From Alphaproteobacteria bacterium (GTDB taxonomy: Bacteria; Pseudomonadota; Alphaproteobacteria; UBA828): 64,000 nt of DNA. The position numbers and the translations under genes are program-made. Below, one piece after another: positions 1 through 8,541 of the stretch (position 1 is its first letter; the number at the start of each line of letters is the position of its first letter). A model generated the notes under the pieces. The model was given only the letters and a program-made list of their open reading frames with translations. It was not told the DNA's origin and ran no database searches. The DNA is taken from contig CBDCQT010000010.1 of the NCBI GenBank assembly GCA_965220745.1, positions 512,001-576,000 on the forward strand, written 5' to 3'.

Positions 1-1
1 C

Positions 2-517
2 ATCGCCCGCCGTGCGCTCTCGGTCGCGCGCGGCCGGCGCGGAACCAAGGCCGGCGACAGCGGCATTCCCGTGCGCGGGCTGATTCCGGGCATGGCCGTG
101 CATCTCGCCGAATGCTGCAATCCGCTGCCCGGCGAGCGCATCGTCGGCATCGTCACCACCGGCAAGGGCGTGACGATCCACACCATCGACTGCGACACGC
201 TGGAGAGCTTCAGCGACACGCCCGAACGCTGGCTCGACCTTGCCTGGGAGGCGGACGCGGACGAGAAGGGCGTCCATGTCGGCCGCCTCAACCTGGTGGT
301 CGCCAACGAGACCGGCAGCCTCAGCAAGCTGACCACGGCCATCGCCAAGAACAATGGCAACATCAGCAACCTCAAGATCACCAATCGCTCGCTCGATTTC
401 TTCGAGATGCTGGTCGATATCGAGGTCAAGGACGCGAGACACCTCGGCAACATCGTGGCTGCCTTGCGGGCAGTGACGTCGGTGAGCAGCGTCGAGCGGG
501 AGCGCGCGCGCCACTGA
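2..517 (+). CDS. spoT: RelA/SpoT (p)ppGpp synthetase/hydrolase, C-terminal part (5' truncated by window)
   Basis: Frame open from base 2; '[14 protein letters not shown]...[11 protein letters not shown]' RIS/ZFD motif followed by ACT domain '[23 protein letters not shown]'. Confidence 0.93.
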   Translation: MARRALSVARGRRGTKAGDSGIPVRGLIPGMAVHLAECCNPLPGERIVGIVTTGKGVTIHTIDCDTLESFSDTPERWLDLAWEADADEKGVHVGRLNLVVANETGSLSKLTTAIAKNNGNISNLKITNRSLDFFEMLVDIEVKDARHLGNIVAALRAVTSVSSVERERARH

Positions 518-546
518 GCGGGACCCGGCCAACCGGGCGTAAATTG

Positions 547-552
547 TATAAT
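547..552 (+). promoter_or_regulatory. Possible -10 box upstream of gltA
   Basis: Perfect TATAAT in an AT-rich patch about 70 bp before the gltA start; no convincing -35. Confidence 0.4.
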
Positions 553-621
553 TCGGGCTCTGGCCCTATGATCCAGGCCCCCGGCCGGCCGCCGGCACGG
601 GGCAACAAGGAGGGAGATGGG

Positions 622-1956
622 GTGTCTCAGGCACACCAAACGAGGCTCGCCGGGCAGGGCAACGAGGCGCCCAGCGCCGTGCTCACCGATCGGGAGACCG
701 GGAGCACGGTCGAGTTGCCTGTCCTCGAGGGGACGATGGGCCCGCCGGTGATCGATATCCGCTCGCTCTACGCGGGGACGGGCAAGTTCTCCTACGACCC
801 CGGCTATACCGCGACCGGCTCGTGCAAGTCGAATATCACCTATATCGACGGCGAACAGGGCGTGCTGCTGCACCGCGGCTACCCTATCGACGAGCTGGCC
901 GCATACAGCGACTTCCTCGAAGTCTCCTACCTATTGCTCCACGGTGAGCTGCCGAACGCGGCGGAGAAGGACCACTTCGTCAACACCATCACCAAGCACA
1001 CGATGGTGCACGAGCAGATCAACTACCTCTATCGGGGGTTCCGGCGCGATTCCCATCCGATGGCGGTGATGATCGGCGTGGTGGGCGCGCTTGCCGCCTT
1101 CTATCACGACACCACCGACATCGACGATCCGAAGCAGCGCATCATCGCCTCGCACAGGATGATCGCGAAGATGCCGACGTTTGCGGCGATGGCGTACAAG
1201 TACAATATCGGCCAGCCGTTCGTGTATCCGCGCAACGACCTCACGTACGCGGAGAATTTCCTGCACATGATGTTCGCGGTGCCGTGCGAGGACTATCAGA
1301 TCAACCCGATCCACGCGCGCGCCATGGACCGCATCCTGATCCTCCATGCGGACCACGAGCAAAACGCCTCGACGTCGACGGTGCGCCTCGCCGGCTCTTC
1401 CGGCGCCAACCCCTACGCCTGCATCGCGGCCGGCATCGCGACGCTCTGGGGGCCTGCCCACGGCGGCGCCAACGAGGCGGTGCTCCAGATGCTGGAGGAG
1501 ATCGGCACGGTCGAGAACATCTCGGAATTCATCAAGCGGGCGAAGGACAAGGACGACCCATTCCGGCTCATGGGCTTCGGCCACCGGGTCTACAAGAACT
1601 ACGACCCGCGGGCGACGGTCATGCGGGAGACCTGCCACGAGGTGCTCGACGATCTCGGCATCAGCGACGAGCTGCTCAGGATCGCCATGGAGCTTGAGCG
1701 GATCGCGCTGGAGGACGAGTACTTCGTCGACCGCAAGCTCTACCCCAACGTCGACTTCTACTCGGGCTTGATCCTGCAGGCGCTCGGCATCCCGACGCAC
1801 CTGTTCACGGTGATCTTCGCGCTGGCGCGCACCGTGGGCTGGGTCGCCCAATGGAACGAGATGATCGCGGATCCCGAGCAGAAGATCGGCCGACCGCGCC
1901 AGCTCTACACCGGCCCGGCGCAACGCGGCTTCGTCCCGTTGAGGGATCGGCCGTAG
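622..1956 (+). CDS. gltA: Citrate synthase (type II)
   Basis: Motifs [43 protein letters not shown]; GTG at 622 follows AAGGAGGGAG RBS. Confidence 0.97.
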   Translation: MSQAHQTRLAGQGNEAPSAVLTDRETGSTVELPVLEGTMGPPVIDIRSLYAGTGKFSYDPGYTATGSCKSNITYIDGEQGVLLHRGYPIDELAAYSDFLEVSYLLLHGELPNAAEKDHFVNTITKHTMVHEQINYLYRGFRRDSHPMAVMIGVVGALAAFYHDTTDIDDPKQRIIASHRMIAKMPTFAAMAYKYNIGQPFVYPRNDLTYAENFLHMMFAVPCEDYQINPIHARAMDRILILHADHEQNASTSTVRLAGSSGANPYACIAAGIATLWGPAHGGANEAVLQMLEEIGTVENISEFIKRAKDKDDPFRLMGFGHRVYKNYDPRATVMRETCHEVLDDLGISDELLRIAMELERIALEDEYFVDRKLYPNVDFYSGLILQALGIPTHLFTVIFALARTVGWVAQWNEMIADPEQKIGRPRQLYTGPAQRGFVPLRDRP

Positions 1957-1973
1957 CCGCACGCCTGATGGAC

Positions 1974-1986
1974 TGGCGTCCCCAGG
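1974..1986. repeat. att-like direct repeat of the tRNA-Glu 3' end
   Basis: TGGCGTCCCCAGG at 1974-1986 is identical to 3039-3051. Confidence 0.8.
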
Positions 1987-2100
1987 AGACCTTACTTTAC
2001 TCATATATTTCAACATCTTAGTTTGACCAACCGCACTAACATTCTACCCGCCCCAGTCGACGGGGGCAGGTCTGGGCCGCTAGCGACGCGTTGATGGAGG

Positions 2101-2823
2101 TTGCCCGTGGGTGGCGTTCTCGTTCTCGGCCTCTTGGTCGGCATGCGTCATGCGCTGGAAGCTGACCATGTCGCCGCCGTCGCCGCGCTGACGGCGCGTA
2201 GTCGGAAGCTAGGTGGCGCCCTTCGCCTCGGTGCGGCATGGGGACTGGGGCACACACTGACGCTCTTCGCTGCGGGCACCGTGGTGCTCTCGCTCGACGG
2301 CGTCATGCCCGAGCGCATCGCGCACCTCTTCGAGTTTGCCGTCGGCATCATGCTGGTGCTGCTGGGGGCCGACCTGCTGCGGCGCCTGATCGCGGCGCGC
2401 GTTCACTTCCACATGCACCGCCACGGCGACGGCACGACGCACTTTCATGCTCACAGCCACGCCGGCGAGGCCGATCACGCCGGATCGCGCCATGACCACG
2501 TGCACGCGCGCGGCCTGCCCGTGCGTGCACTCGCGGTCGGACTGATGCATGGGCTCGCGGGGTCTGCGGCGCTGATCCTGCTGACGGCGGGGCAGATCGA
2601 CTCGCTTGTCTGGGCGCTCGCCTACCTTGCGCTCTTCGGCATCGGCTCGATGATCGGCATGGCCGCACTCTCGGTTGTCATCGCGATTCCGCTACAGCGG
2701 CTGGCGCGAAGCCTCTCCTGGGCACACAACGCGCTGGGTGCCGCCGTCGGGCTCGGCACCATCGGTCTCGGCGCCTGGATTGCTTACCGGATCGGCATCG
2801 TCGAAGGGCTGACGCTTGGCTAG
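2101..2823 (+). CDS. UreH/HoxN-like nickel/cobalt permease
   Basis: 'GMRHALEADHVAAV', 'WGLGHT', His-rich loop, 'GLMHGLAGSAAL', multiple TM helices; GGAGG immediately before TTG. Confidence 0.85.
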   Translation: MPVGGVLVLGLLVGMRHALEADHVAAVAALTARSRKLGGALRLGAAWGLGHTLTLFAAGTVVLSLDGVMPERIAHLFEFAVGIMLVLLGADLLRRLIAARVHFHMHRHGDGTTHFHAHSHAGEADHAGSRHDHVHARGLPVRALAVGLMHGLAGSAALILLTAGQIDSLVWALAYLALFGIGSMIGMAALSVVIAIPLQRLARSLSWAHNALGAAVGLGTIGLGAWIAYRIGIVEGLTLG

Positions 2824-2847
2824 AGCTTTTCCGTCCCACACGGAGGC

Positions 2848-3006
2848 ATGTCGTTTCTCGCGCACGCGAGCGCGAGGGAGGCCAGCCGGTACGTCGCAGC
2901 CGCAAATCGGGCGCGGCTCACGAGCTCGGGCATGGCGAAACTGAGGACGGAACCGGAACAAGTTTTGTCCAACCTTTCCGAAAGGTTAGACAAAAGGGGG
3001 TTCTAG
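2848..3006 (+). pseudogene. Tyrosine integrase C-terminal remnant
   Basis: Translates MSFLAHASAREASRYVAAANRARLTSSGMAKL...LSNLSERLDKRGF*; box II His (LAH) and catalytic Tyr (RY) spacing typical of phage integrases; ends 32 bp from the tRNA-Glu 3' end. Confidence 0.75.
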
Positions 3007-3038
3007 GCCTTTGAAACGTAAAGAAAAAGCAAAATGGA

Positions 3039-3114
3039 TGGCGTCCCCAGGGGGACTCGAACCCCCGTTTCCGGCGTGAGAGGCCGGTGTCCTAGGCCAC
3101 TAGACGATGGGGAC
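3039..3114 (-). tRNA. tRNA-Glu(CTC)
   Basis: Reverse complement GTCCCCATCGTCTAGTGGCCTAGGACACCGGC-CT-CTC-AC-GCCGGAAACGGGGGTTCGAGTCCCCCTGGGGACGCCA; full cloverleaf with CCA. Confidence 0.97.
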
Positions 3115-3267
3115 GCGGCCCCCTGGAGATAGCCCAGAAAGGCCGCGAACTCAACCGTCGGCAGGGACGGCCTTGACGAGAGCCCGGTCGGACTTTCGCT
3201 CCCCGGTCGAGGACGTTCCGGGTATCGTGCGCCCGGCGGCGCTGCCGCCGGGAGGAGGCGGTTCCCC

Positions 3268-4293
3268 ATGTTCGAGGAGTTCGGGTTCGAGGAGCTGACG
3301 CCGATCACGGCCTCCGTGCTGCTTGGGCTGGTGCTCGGCCTGGCCTATGGCGCGCTCGCGCAGCGCAGCGCGTTCTGCCTGCGCCGCAGCCTGGTGGGCC
3401 AGTGGCGCGACTGCCTGCCGGCGCTGGGCACATGGGTGATGGCGCTGGCGACCGCGATCGCCGGCACCCGCGTGGCGGTTGCTTTCGATCTGATCTCCTT
3501 CGAGGCGCATCGCTTTCTCGCGGCCGACCTGCCGGTCGCGTCAGCGCTGCTGGGCGGCGCGCTCTTCGGAGCCGGCATGGTGCTGACGGGCGGCTGCGTC
3601 TCGCGCCTCACGGTGCTGGTCGGCACCGGCAATCTGCGCGCCTTGCTCGTCCTGGTCGTCTTTGCCGTCACCGCCCACGCGGTGATGAAGGGCGCGCTGG
3701 CCCCGATCCGCGAGGCGGTGGGGGACGCGACCGTCCCCGGCGGTGCAGCGACGGCACTCGCGGCCTGGCCCGGCGGCGAGGTCTGGCCGGCGATCGTCGC
3801 GAGCGCCGCGTTTCTCTTCGCGCTCTTCTCCCGTGCGCGTATCTCCCATCTGGCAATGGCAGCCGCGATCGGGCTGCTGGTGCCGCTCGGCTGGATCGGT
3901 ACGGGGTTCGTGCTGCTGGACGATTTCGACCCGATCCCCGTGGCGTCCATGGGCTTCACCGGGCCGATGGCGGACACGCTGTTCTGGGCCGTGGCGGCGA
4001 CCTCGATTCCGGCGGGCTTCGGCACCGGCCTCGCCGCGGGCGTCCTGCTCGGCAGCCTGGCGGCGGCGCTCGCCGCGGGCGAGTTCCGCTGGCAGAGCCT
4101 GGAAGGCCCGCGCCAGACCGGGCGCTACCTCGCCGGCGCCGTGATGATGGGCGTGGGTGGCGTGCTGGCGGGCGGCTGCACGGTGGGCGCCGGTCTTTCC
4201 GGCGTCTCGACCGCGAGCCTTGCCGCCCTGCTCGCGCTCGCCGCCATGGCCGTCTCGGCGCGGGCCACAGGGGTGCTTCTCACCGCGCGTTAG
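3268..4293 (+). CDS. YeeE/YedE family sulfur-compound (thiosulfate) transporter
   Basis: Hydrophobic protein with the conserved Cys motifs FCLRR, GMVLTGGCVS and GGVLAGGCTVG; next to sox genes. Confidence 0.9.
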   Translation: MFEEFGFEELTPITASVLLGLVLGLAYGALAQRSAFCLRRSLVGQWRDCLPALGTWVMALATAIAGTRVAVAFDLISFEAHRFLAADLPVASALLGGALFGAGMVLTGGCVSRLTVLVGTGNLRALLVLVVFAVTAHAVMKGALAPIREAVGDATVPGGAATALAAWPGGEVWPAIVASAAFLFALFSRARISHLAMAAAIGLLVPLGWIGTGFVLLDDFDPIPVASMGFTGPMADTLFWAVAATSIPAGFGTGLAAGVLLGSLAAALAAGEFRWQSLEGPRQTGRYLAGAVMMGVGGVLAGGCTVGAGLSGVSTASLAALLALAAMAVSARATGVLLTAR

Positions 4294-4494
4294 AGCGGGA
4301 GCCGATCTCGTCTGATCAAGGCGGCCCTAAGATTCCCACCGCCCCCTATCCCCCTCCCAACTATTCATTTCCCTCAAGCGCCGGGCGCTCGCTCCGCTCG
4401 CTTGGCTACGCGCATTCGCGCGCGGCGCAGTCGCGCCGTCCGGGCCTGCGGCCCGGGAGGGAGGAGGGGGAACGCTGACGGCGCCACCCGTTCT

Positions 4495-4523
4495 CCCTCT
4501 CCTCCCCGTTGGGGAGGAGAGGG
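4495..4523. repeat. Palindromic intergenic element (13-bp perfect stem)
   Basis: CCCTCTCCTCCCC-GTT-GGGGAGGAGAGGG followed by CCGGGGTGAGG; resembles alphaproteobacterial intergenic repeats; lies between convergent genes. Confidence 0.7.
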
Positions 4524-4541
4524 CCGGGGTGAGGAGGGGGC

Positions 4542-5837
4542 TTAGCTGAACATGTCGCCGGTGATGGCGGCGTACCAGCCGAGCGATTCCTCGTAGGTCG
4601 CCTTGCGCAGCTCCGCGCTCTCCCCGGTCTTGGAGATGAAGCCGTCGGTCTTGGCGATCTTCTCGTCGGTCGCCTCGTAGGAGGCACCGACCTTGACTCC
4701 GTCGTCGGTGCCGATGAGCGACCAGCAGGTGTTGGAGTAGCGCGGCGGGAACGTCGAGGACCCGGTGAGCGCACCCCGCACCGCCATGGCGCAGGCCTTG
4801 GCCTGACTGTTGGCCGAGAAGCCCGACTTCGGCATGTCGCCCTGCTGCGAGGCATCGCCGAGGACGTGGATGTTCTCGTCGGCCCGACTCTGCATGGTGT
4901 GCGGCACGATCGGCGCCCAGCCAGCCTCGTTGGTGATGCCCGCGACCGCGGCGATGCGCCCGGCCTGCTGCGCGGGGATGACGTTGCAGACATCCACCTC
5001 CGTCGCCTCGCCGTCGATCACCACCTCCATGGCCTCGGGCCGCACCTCGACCTTGTCGCCGCCGAAGTCCGGGCCAACGCGCTCGATCATGCCGGCGTAA
5101 TGGCGCTGCCAGCCCTCCTCGAACAGGCCCTGCTTGGAAAACTTCGCCTTGGGATCGACGATCAGGATCTTGGCGGTCGGGTTCGACTGCTTCAGCACGT
5201 GGGCCACCATCGAGATCCGCTCGTAGGGCCCGGGCGGGCAGCGGAACGGGTTGGGCGGTGCCACCATGCAATAGGTGCCGCCTTCCGGCATGGCCTCGAT
5301 CTGCGCCTTGAGCAGCTGGGTCTGCGAGCCCGCCTTGTAGGCGTGCGGCATGCGGTTTTGCTGCGACAAGTCCCATCCGGGAACGGAGCCATCGCGAAAG
5401 TCGATACCCGGCGAGAGGATGAGGCGGTCGTAGGCGAGGCTGCCCCCGCCAGCGAGCCCCACGCTGCGCGCGTCGCGGTCGACGGAGACCGCCCAGTCGT
5501 GCACCACGTTGATCCCGTGATTCGCGGCGAGGTCCCCGTAGCTGTGGCCGATCGACGCGTACTCGCGGAAGCCGCCGATATAGAGGTTCGAGAAGAAGCA
5601 GCTGTAGTAGGCGCGGCTCGGCTCCACGAGCGTCACGTCGATGGCGCCATCCGAATCCTTGGCGATGTAACGCGCCGCCGTCGCGCCGCCCGCACCGCCG
5701 CCCACGACCACGACGCGCGGTCGCCCCTGTGCGAGCACCGTGGGCGCCGACAGCGCCGATACCGCCGTCGTCGCCGCTGCTGCGGATGCGAGGAAGTGGC
5801 GCCGGTTCAAGCCGCTCTTTCCGTTCGGTTTGCTCAT
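4542..5837 (-). CDS. soxF: Flavocytochrome c sulfide dehydrogenase, flavoprotein subunit (SoxF/FccB)
   Basis: Tat signal LNRRHFL, VVVVGGGAGG FAD motif, PPNPFRCPPGPYER, MPKSGFSANSQAK, NTCWS. Confidence 0.93.
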   Translation of the reverse strand: MSKPNGKSGLNRRHFLASAAAATTAVSALSAPTVLAQGRPRVVVVGGGAGGATAARYIAKDSDGAIDVTLVEPSRAYYSCFFSNLYIGGFREYASIGHSYGDLAANHGINVVHDWAVSVDRDARSVGLAGGGSLAYDRLILSPGIDFRDGSVPGWDLSQQNRMPHAYKAGSQTQLLKAQIEAMPEGGTYCMVAPPNPFRCPPGPYERISMVAHVLKQSNPTAKILIVDPKAKFSKQGLFEEGWQRHYAGMIERVGPDFGGDKVEVRPEAMEVVIDGEATEVDVCNVIPAQQAGRIAAVAGITNEAGWAPIVPHTMQSRADENIHVLGDASQQGDMPKSGFSANSQAKACAMAVRGALTGSSTFPPRYSNTCWSLIGTDDGVKVGASYEATDEKIAKTDGFISKTGESAELRKATYEESLGWYAAITGDMFS

Positions 5838-5854
5838 GACGTGTCTCCCCTGGC

Positions 5855-6589
5855 TCACGGATCGTCGTCCGCCTTGCGGAAATGCGCAGCGAGGGCGGCA
5901 ATCTCTTCGTCCGACAGGCGCCCCGCCACCATCTGCATGACGGGATGCACCCTCTTTCCGCCCTTGTACGCGTGCAAGGCTATCACGAAGTCATCGAGCG
6001 GCCATCCGGTTATCGAGGGGATGCCCTCGTCGGTGCCGTCCGTCCGGTGGCAGGTGGTGCATTCGCCCGCGAGATAGGCGCCGTACTCGGGGTCACCCTC
6101 GATGGCGAGGATCTGCGGATCGAGGCCGTATTCCTCGGGCGTGGCGGTCGGCTCTGCCGCTGACTGATTGGAGTGGTCTCCCGAAAAGCCGACGAGCCAC
6201 GCCAGGAGCGCGGCCCTGTCGTCCGCTCCCTCCATGCCGTCGAAGCTCATGCGCGAGTGCGGCACGAAAGTGTGCGGATCGGCGAGGAAGGCGTCGAGCG
6301 CCTCCTCGCTCCAGACCAGGCCACCGGACCCGGCGTCCTTCATCGCGTCGGAATAGCGGAAGTCCGCGAACGAGCCGGCCGTGCGGCCGAAGACATCGTT
6401 GAGGTGCGGGCCGATCCGATGTGCCGCGCCGCTGCCGACCTGGTGGCAGCGCTTGCACTGGCCGAAGAGCGCCTTGCCGCGCTCGGCCTCGGCGCCCCAA
6501 GCGTTGAGAGCGGGGAACGCCAGCAGAAGCGCCACGGCGAGCATCCCGGAGGCGGCCCATGCCGCGAGTCCGGCCGCCCGGTGTCCCAT
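5855..6589 (-). CDS. soxE: Diheme c-type cytochrome (SoxE-like)
   Basis: Signal peptide and two CxxCH motifs (CKRCH, CTTCH); between soxZ and soxF; start could be GTG 6610. Confidence 0.85.
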   Translation of the reverse strand: MGHRAAGLAAWAASGMLAVALLLAFPALNAWGAEAERGKALFGQCKRCHQVGSGAAHRIGPHLNDVFGRTAGSFADFRYSDAMKDAGSGGLVWSEEALDAFLADPHTFVPHSRMSFDGMEGADDRAALLAWLVGFSGDHSNQSAAEPTATPEEYGLDPQILAIEGDPEYGAYLAGECTTCHRTDGTDEGIPSITGWPLDDFVIALHAYKGGKRVHPVMQMVAGRLSDEEIAALAAHFRKADDDP

Positions 6590-6596
6590 CGCGGCC

Positions 6597-6923
6597 CTAG
6601 TCGACCTCAACCTGTTTGCTGAGGCTGTAGACGGAGCCGTCGTCGTCGAACCACTGGAACTCCAGAAGACCCGAGTCCGGGACGGCCAATTGGAATTGAA
6701 CGTAGGGGTCGGCCGAGACCGCCGGTTCCAGATCGACGGAGATCGCCACCTCGCCGTTATAGCTGACCACGAAGCGGTTGATGATCCGGCGGGGCACGAG
6801 CACGCCGTCGCTGTCGTGGCGCTCCCCGGTGTGCATCGGGTGGGTGATCCGGGTCTTGACCGTGAAGGGGACGCCCGCCTCGATCGACCTCGGCAGCTTC
6901 ACGCGCGGCCTGGGTTGCGCCAT
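6597..6923 (-). CDS. soxZ: Sulfur carrier complex protein SoxZ
   Basis: 'VKTRITHPMHTG', 'PRRIINRF', 'PAVSADPY', 'WFDDDG'; GAGGAG RBS. Confidence 0.9.
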   Translation of the reverse strand: MAQPRPRVKLPRSIEAGVPFTVKTRITHPMHTGERHDSDGVLVPRRIINRFVVSYNGEVAISVDLEPAVSADPYVQFQLAVPDSGLLEFQWFDDDGSVYSLSKQVEVD

Positions 6924-6933
6924 CGCCTGCTCC

Positions 6934-7353
6934 TCAGCCGCAGCCGCCAACGGTGACCGCGATCTTCTGGGAGGCCTCGCGGAACGTGCCGTCCGCCATC
7001 TCCGCCACCGCGTAGACGGTCTGGCTCTGCGCGAGCCGGATGCGGATCGTGGCTTCGGGCCGCACCAGCCTGCCGAAGTTGAAGACCGCGACGCCGGGAT
7101 TCGGGTTTCCGTCGTTGAAGAGGGCGATGCGTCGCGCGCCCTCGGCCACGACCCGGATCGGCACGGCGCCGCCGTTGTCGAAGATTTCGGGCGCGTCGAG
7201 CAGCACGCCGCCTTCTAGCCGCAGCGCGCTTCCGGTGAATTCGTCGATGGCCTGCCAGACGCCGTTGGAGGCCTGGGCCGCACCGGCCGGGATCAGCGCA
7301 GCCGCCGTGGCGGAAGCGCTGAGCAGCAATACATCCCTGCGTGTCGGTGCCAT
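6934..7353 (-). CDS. soxY: Sulfur carrier protein SoxY
   Basis: Tat signal TRRDVL, 'APEIFDNGGAVPI', 'GNPNP', 'RIRLAQSQ', C-terminal VTVGGCG. Confidence 0.9.
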   Translation of the reverse strand: MAPTRRDVLLLSASATAAALIPAGAAQASNGVWQAIDEFTGSALRLEGGVLLDAPEIFDNGGAVPIRVVAEGARRIALFNDGNPNPGVAVFNFGRLVRPEATIRIRLAQSQTVYAVAEMADGTFREASQKIAVTVGGCG

Positions 7354-7388
7354 CGTGCAGCCTTCTCCCGCTCGCGGGGTCATGGGCG

Positions 7389-7418
7389 ATATGGCGCCCC
7401 TTGGCGGCACCCGTCAAG
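7389..7418 (-). promoter_or_regulatory. Putative RpoD-type promoter of the sox operon
   Basis: Minus strand CTTGAC-N18-CCATAT, close to the alphaproteobacterial CTTGAC-N17-CTATAT pattern. Confidence 0.5.
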
Positions 7419-7489
7419 CCCCCGGTGCGCGGGCGCTCGCATGCGTCTGTCGTCAAGCACTATGTTCAGTTACTTTCGACTACCGACCT

Positions 7490-8281
7490 TTAGTCGTCGC
7501 CTGTCCATCGTTCTTCTCGCTCTTGATCGCGCGCCTCCGCAGTGCGCCCTTCCGCATCGTTGGTGTATTCGGTGGCCATGACTCCCTGAACCGGAGCGAT
7601 CATGACTTTGTTTAAGTTGAGAAATTGGACGAGGGTATCAATCTCTTCCGCTGTGGTCAGGCGAAAGGAGCCCTCTAGGGCCGTCCCATCAAACGCCGCA
7701 CGGAATGGCGTTCCCTGTTGCGGAGGTGGTGGCGGCGCCAAATCGGCACCCGACGACATGCTCGGTTGCATTGTTTGGTCCGCCTCTTTGCCAAGTTCAG
7801 CAGGACCTTGATCGTAGAAAGCACTCTCGCGTTCGGCAAGCTCCATTGTTTCACGATAGGCGAGCAAAGCGATGCCTGCCGCCCCACTATTGAAGTTATT
7901 TCGCAAAAGATAGTTCCGCAGAAGTCCCTCGTTGTCCCGGCCGCCGGGGAAACGCTCGGTTAGGGTCGCGAAGAGTTCCGGGTCAGATGCAGCATCCTGG
8001 ATGGCGCTCACACGCTCCTGGGGAGATTCAGGGTGGAGGCACTTCATCCCGCGCTCACTGATCTTGAGGTCGCTTCCCTGGCGCTCCAAAAGACCGTATT
8101 TCTTCAAAGCTGATACGGCCGTCGCAGACTTGCCATGCAGACCGGAATAGCCCAGCCCCGTCGCTATGTCCTCTCGCGGCGCGGGGTGCGCCTGGACCGC
8201 GTTCCACAGCCTCTGCAGGCGCTCCAACGCCTCCGGTAGCCCGAGGGCAGGGTAGTTCGGGGATCGCGCTCGCTTGCTCAT
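7490..8281 (-). CDS. Hypothetical protein with N-terminal winged-helix-like region (accessory)
   Basis: ATG 8281 preceded by GGAG; 'SPNYPALGLPEALERL...LGYSGLHGKSATAVSALKKYGLLE' looks like a wHTH; lower GC than neighbours. Confidence 0.75.
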   Translation of the reverse strand: MSKRARSPNYPALGLPEALERLQRLWNAVQAHPAPREDIATGLGYSGLHGKSATAVSALKKYGLLERQGSDLKISERGMKCLHPESPQERVSAIQDAASDPELFATLTERFPGGRDNEGLLRNYLLRNNFNSGAAGIALLAYRETMELAERESAFYDQGPAELGKEADQTMQPSMSSGADLAPPPPPQQGTPFRAAFDGTALEGSFRLTTAEEIDTLVQFLNLNKVMIAPVQGVMATEYTNDAEGRTAEARDQEREERWTGDD

Positions 8282-8282
8282 C

Positions 8283-8317
8283 GTTATTCTCCACTCGTAC
8301 GTGGTGGGGAGAATAAC
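8283..8317. promoter_or_regulatory. 10-bp inverted repeat overlapping the RBS and -10 of the 7490-8281 gene
   Basis: GTTATTCTCC-N15-GGAGAATAAC. Confidence 0.65.
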
Positions 8318-8338
8318 ACGCTCCCTCGTGTACGTAAA
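8310..8338 (-). promoter_or_regulatory. Putative sigma70 promoter (leftward)
   Basis: Minus strand TTTACG-N17-TATTCT. Confidence 0.5.
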
Positions 8339-8359
8339 ACTTTTTTCACGACTTCCAGG

Positions 8360-8388
8360 TTGACGAGAGACTCTGGCAATAGCAGAAT
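8360..8388 (+). promoter_or_regulatory. Putative sigma70 promoter (rightward)
   Basis: TTGACG-N17-CAGAAT. Confidence 0.6.
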
Positions 8389-8415
8389 GAGCCCCAGAGC
8401 GAGTCGGAGGCGCAT

Positions 8416-8505
8416 ATGAACAGAAGAGAGTGGAGCCCCCACCGGTATCGCCGAGCGCTGGCGGGGGCGAGGACAAACAGCAGGGGCCGCTGCCCAGCTC
8501 CCTAA
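8416..8505 (+). CDS. Possible 29-aa leader peptide MNRREWSPHRYRRALAGARTNSRGRCPAP
   Basis: GGAGG at 8406-8410, 5-nt spacer, ATG; ends at TAA inside a predicted pseudoknot. Confidence 0.35.
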   Translation: MNRREWSPHRYRRALAGARTNSRGRCPAP

Positions 8506-8541
8506 GACGCAAGCAGCGGCCCCGAATCGGCCCGTCTTAGG
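8483..8541 (+). ncRNA. Predicted H-type pseudoknot directly 5' of the tRNA-like element
   Basis: Stem 1: GGGGCCGCTGC (8483-8493) / GCAGCGGCCCC (8513-8523); stem 2: CCTAAGACG (8501-8509) / CGTCTTAGG (8533-8541). Confidence 0.55.

Noticed and set aside
112-621. N-terminal extension of the 614-aa ORF (apparent fused citrate synthase)
   Set aside because: Off-frame overlap with spoT; citrate synthase similarity and a strong RBS begin at about 622
4327-5901. 524-aa Arg/Gly-rich ORF
   Set aside because: Alternative frame of soxF; a GC-rich shadow ORF with no motifs
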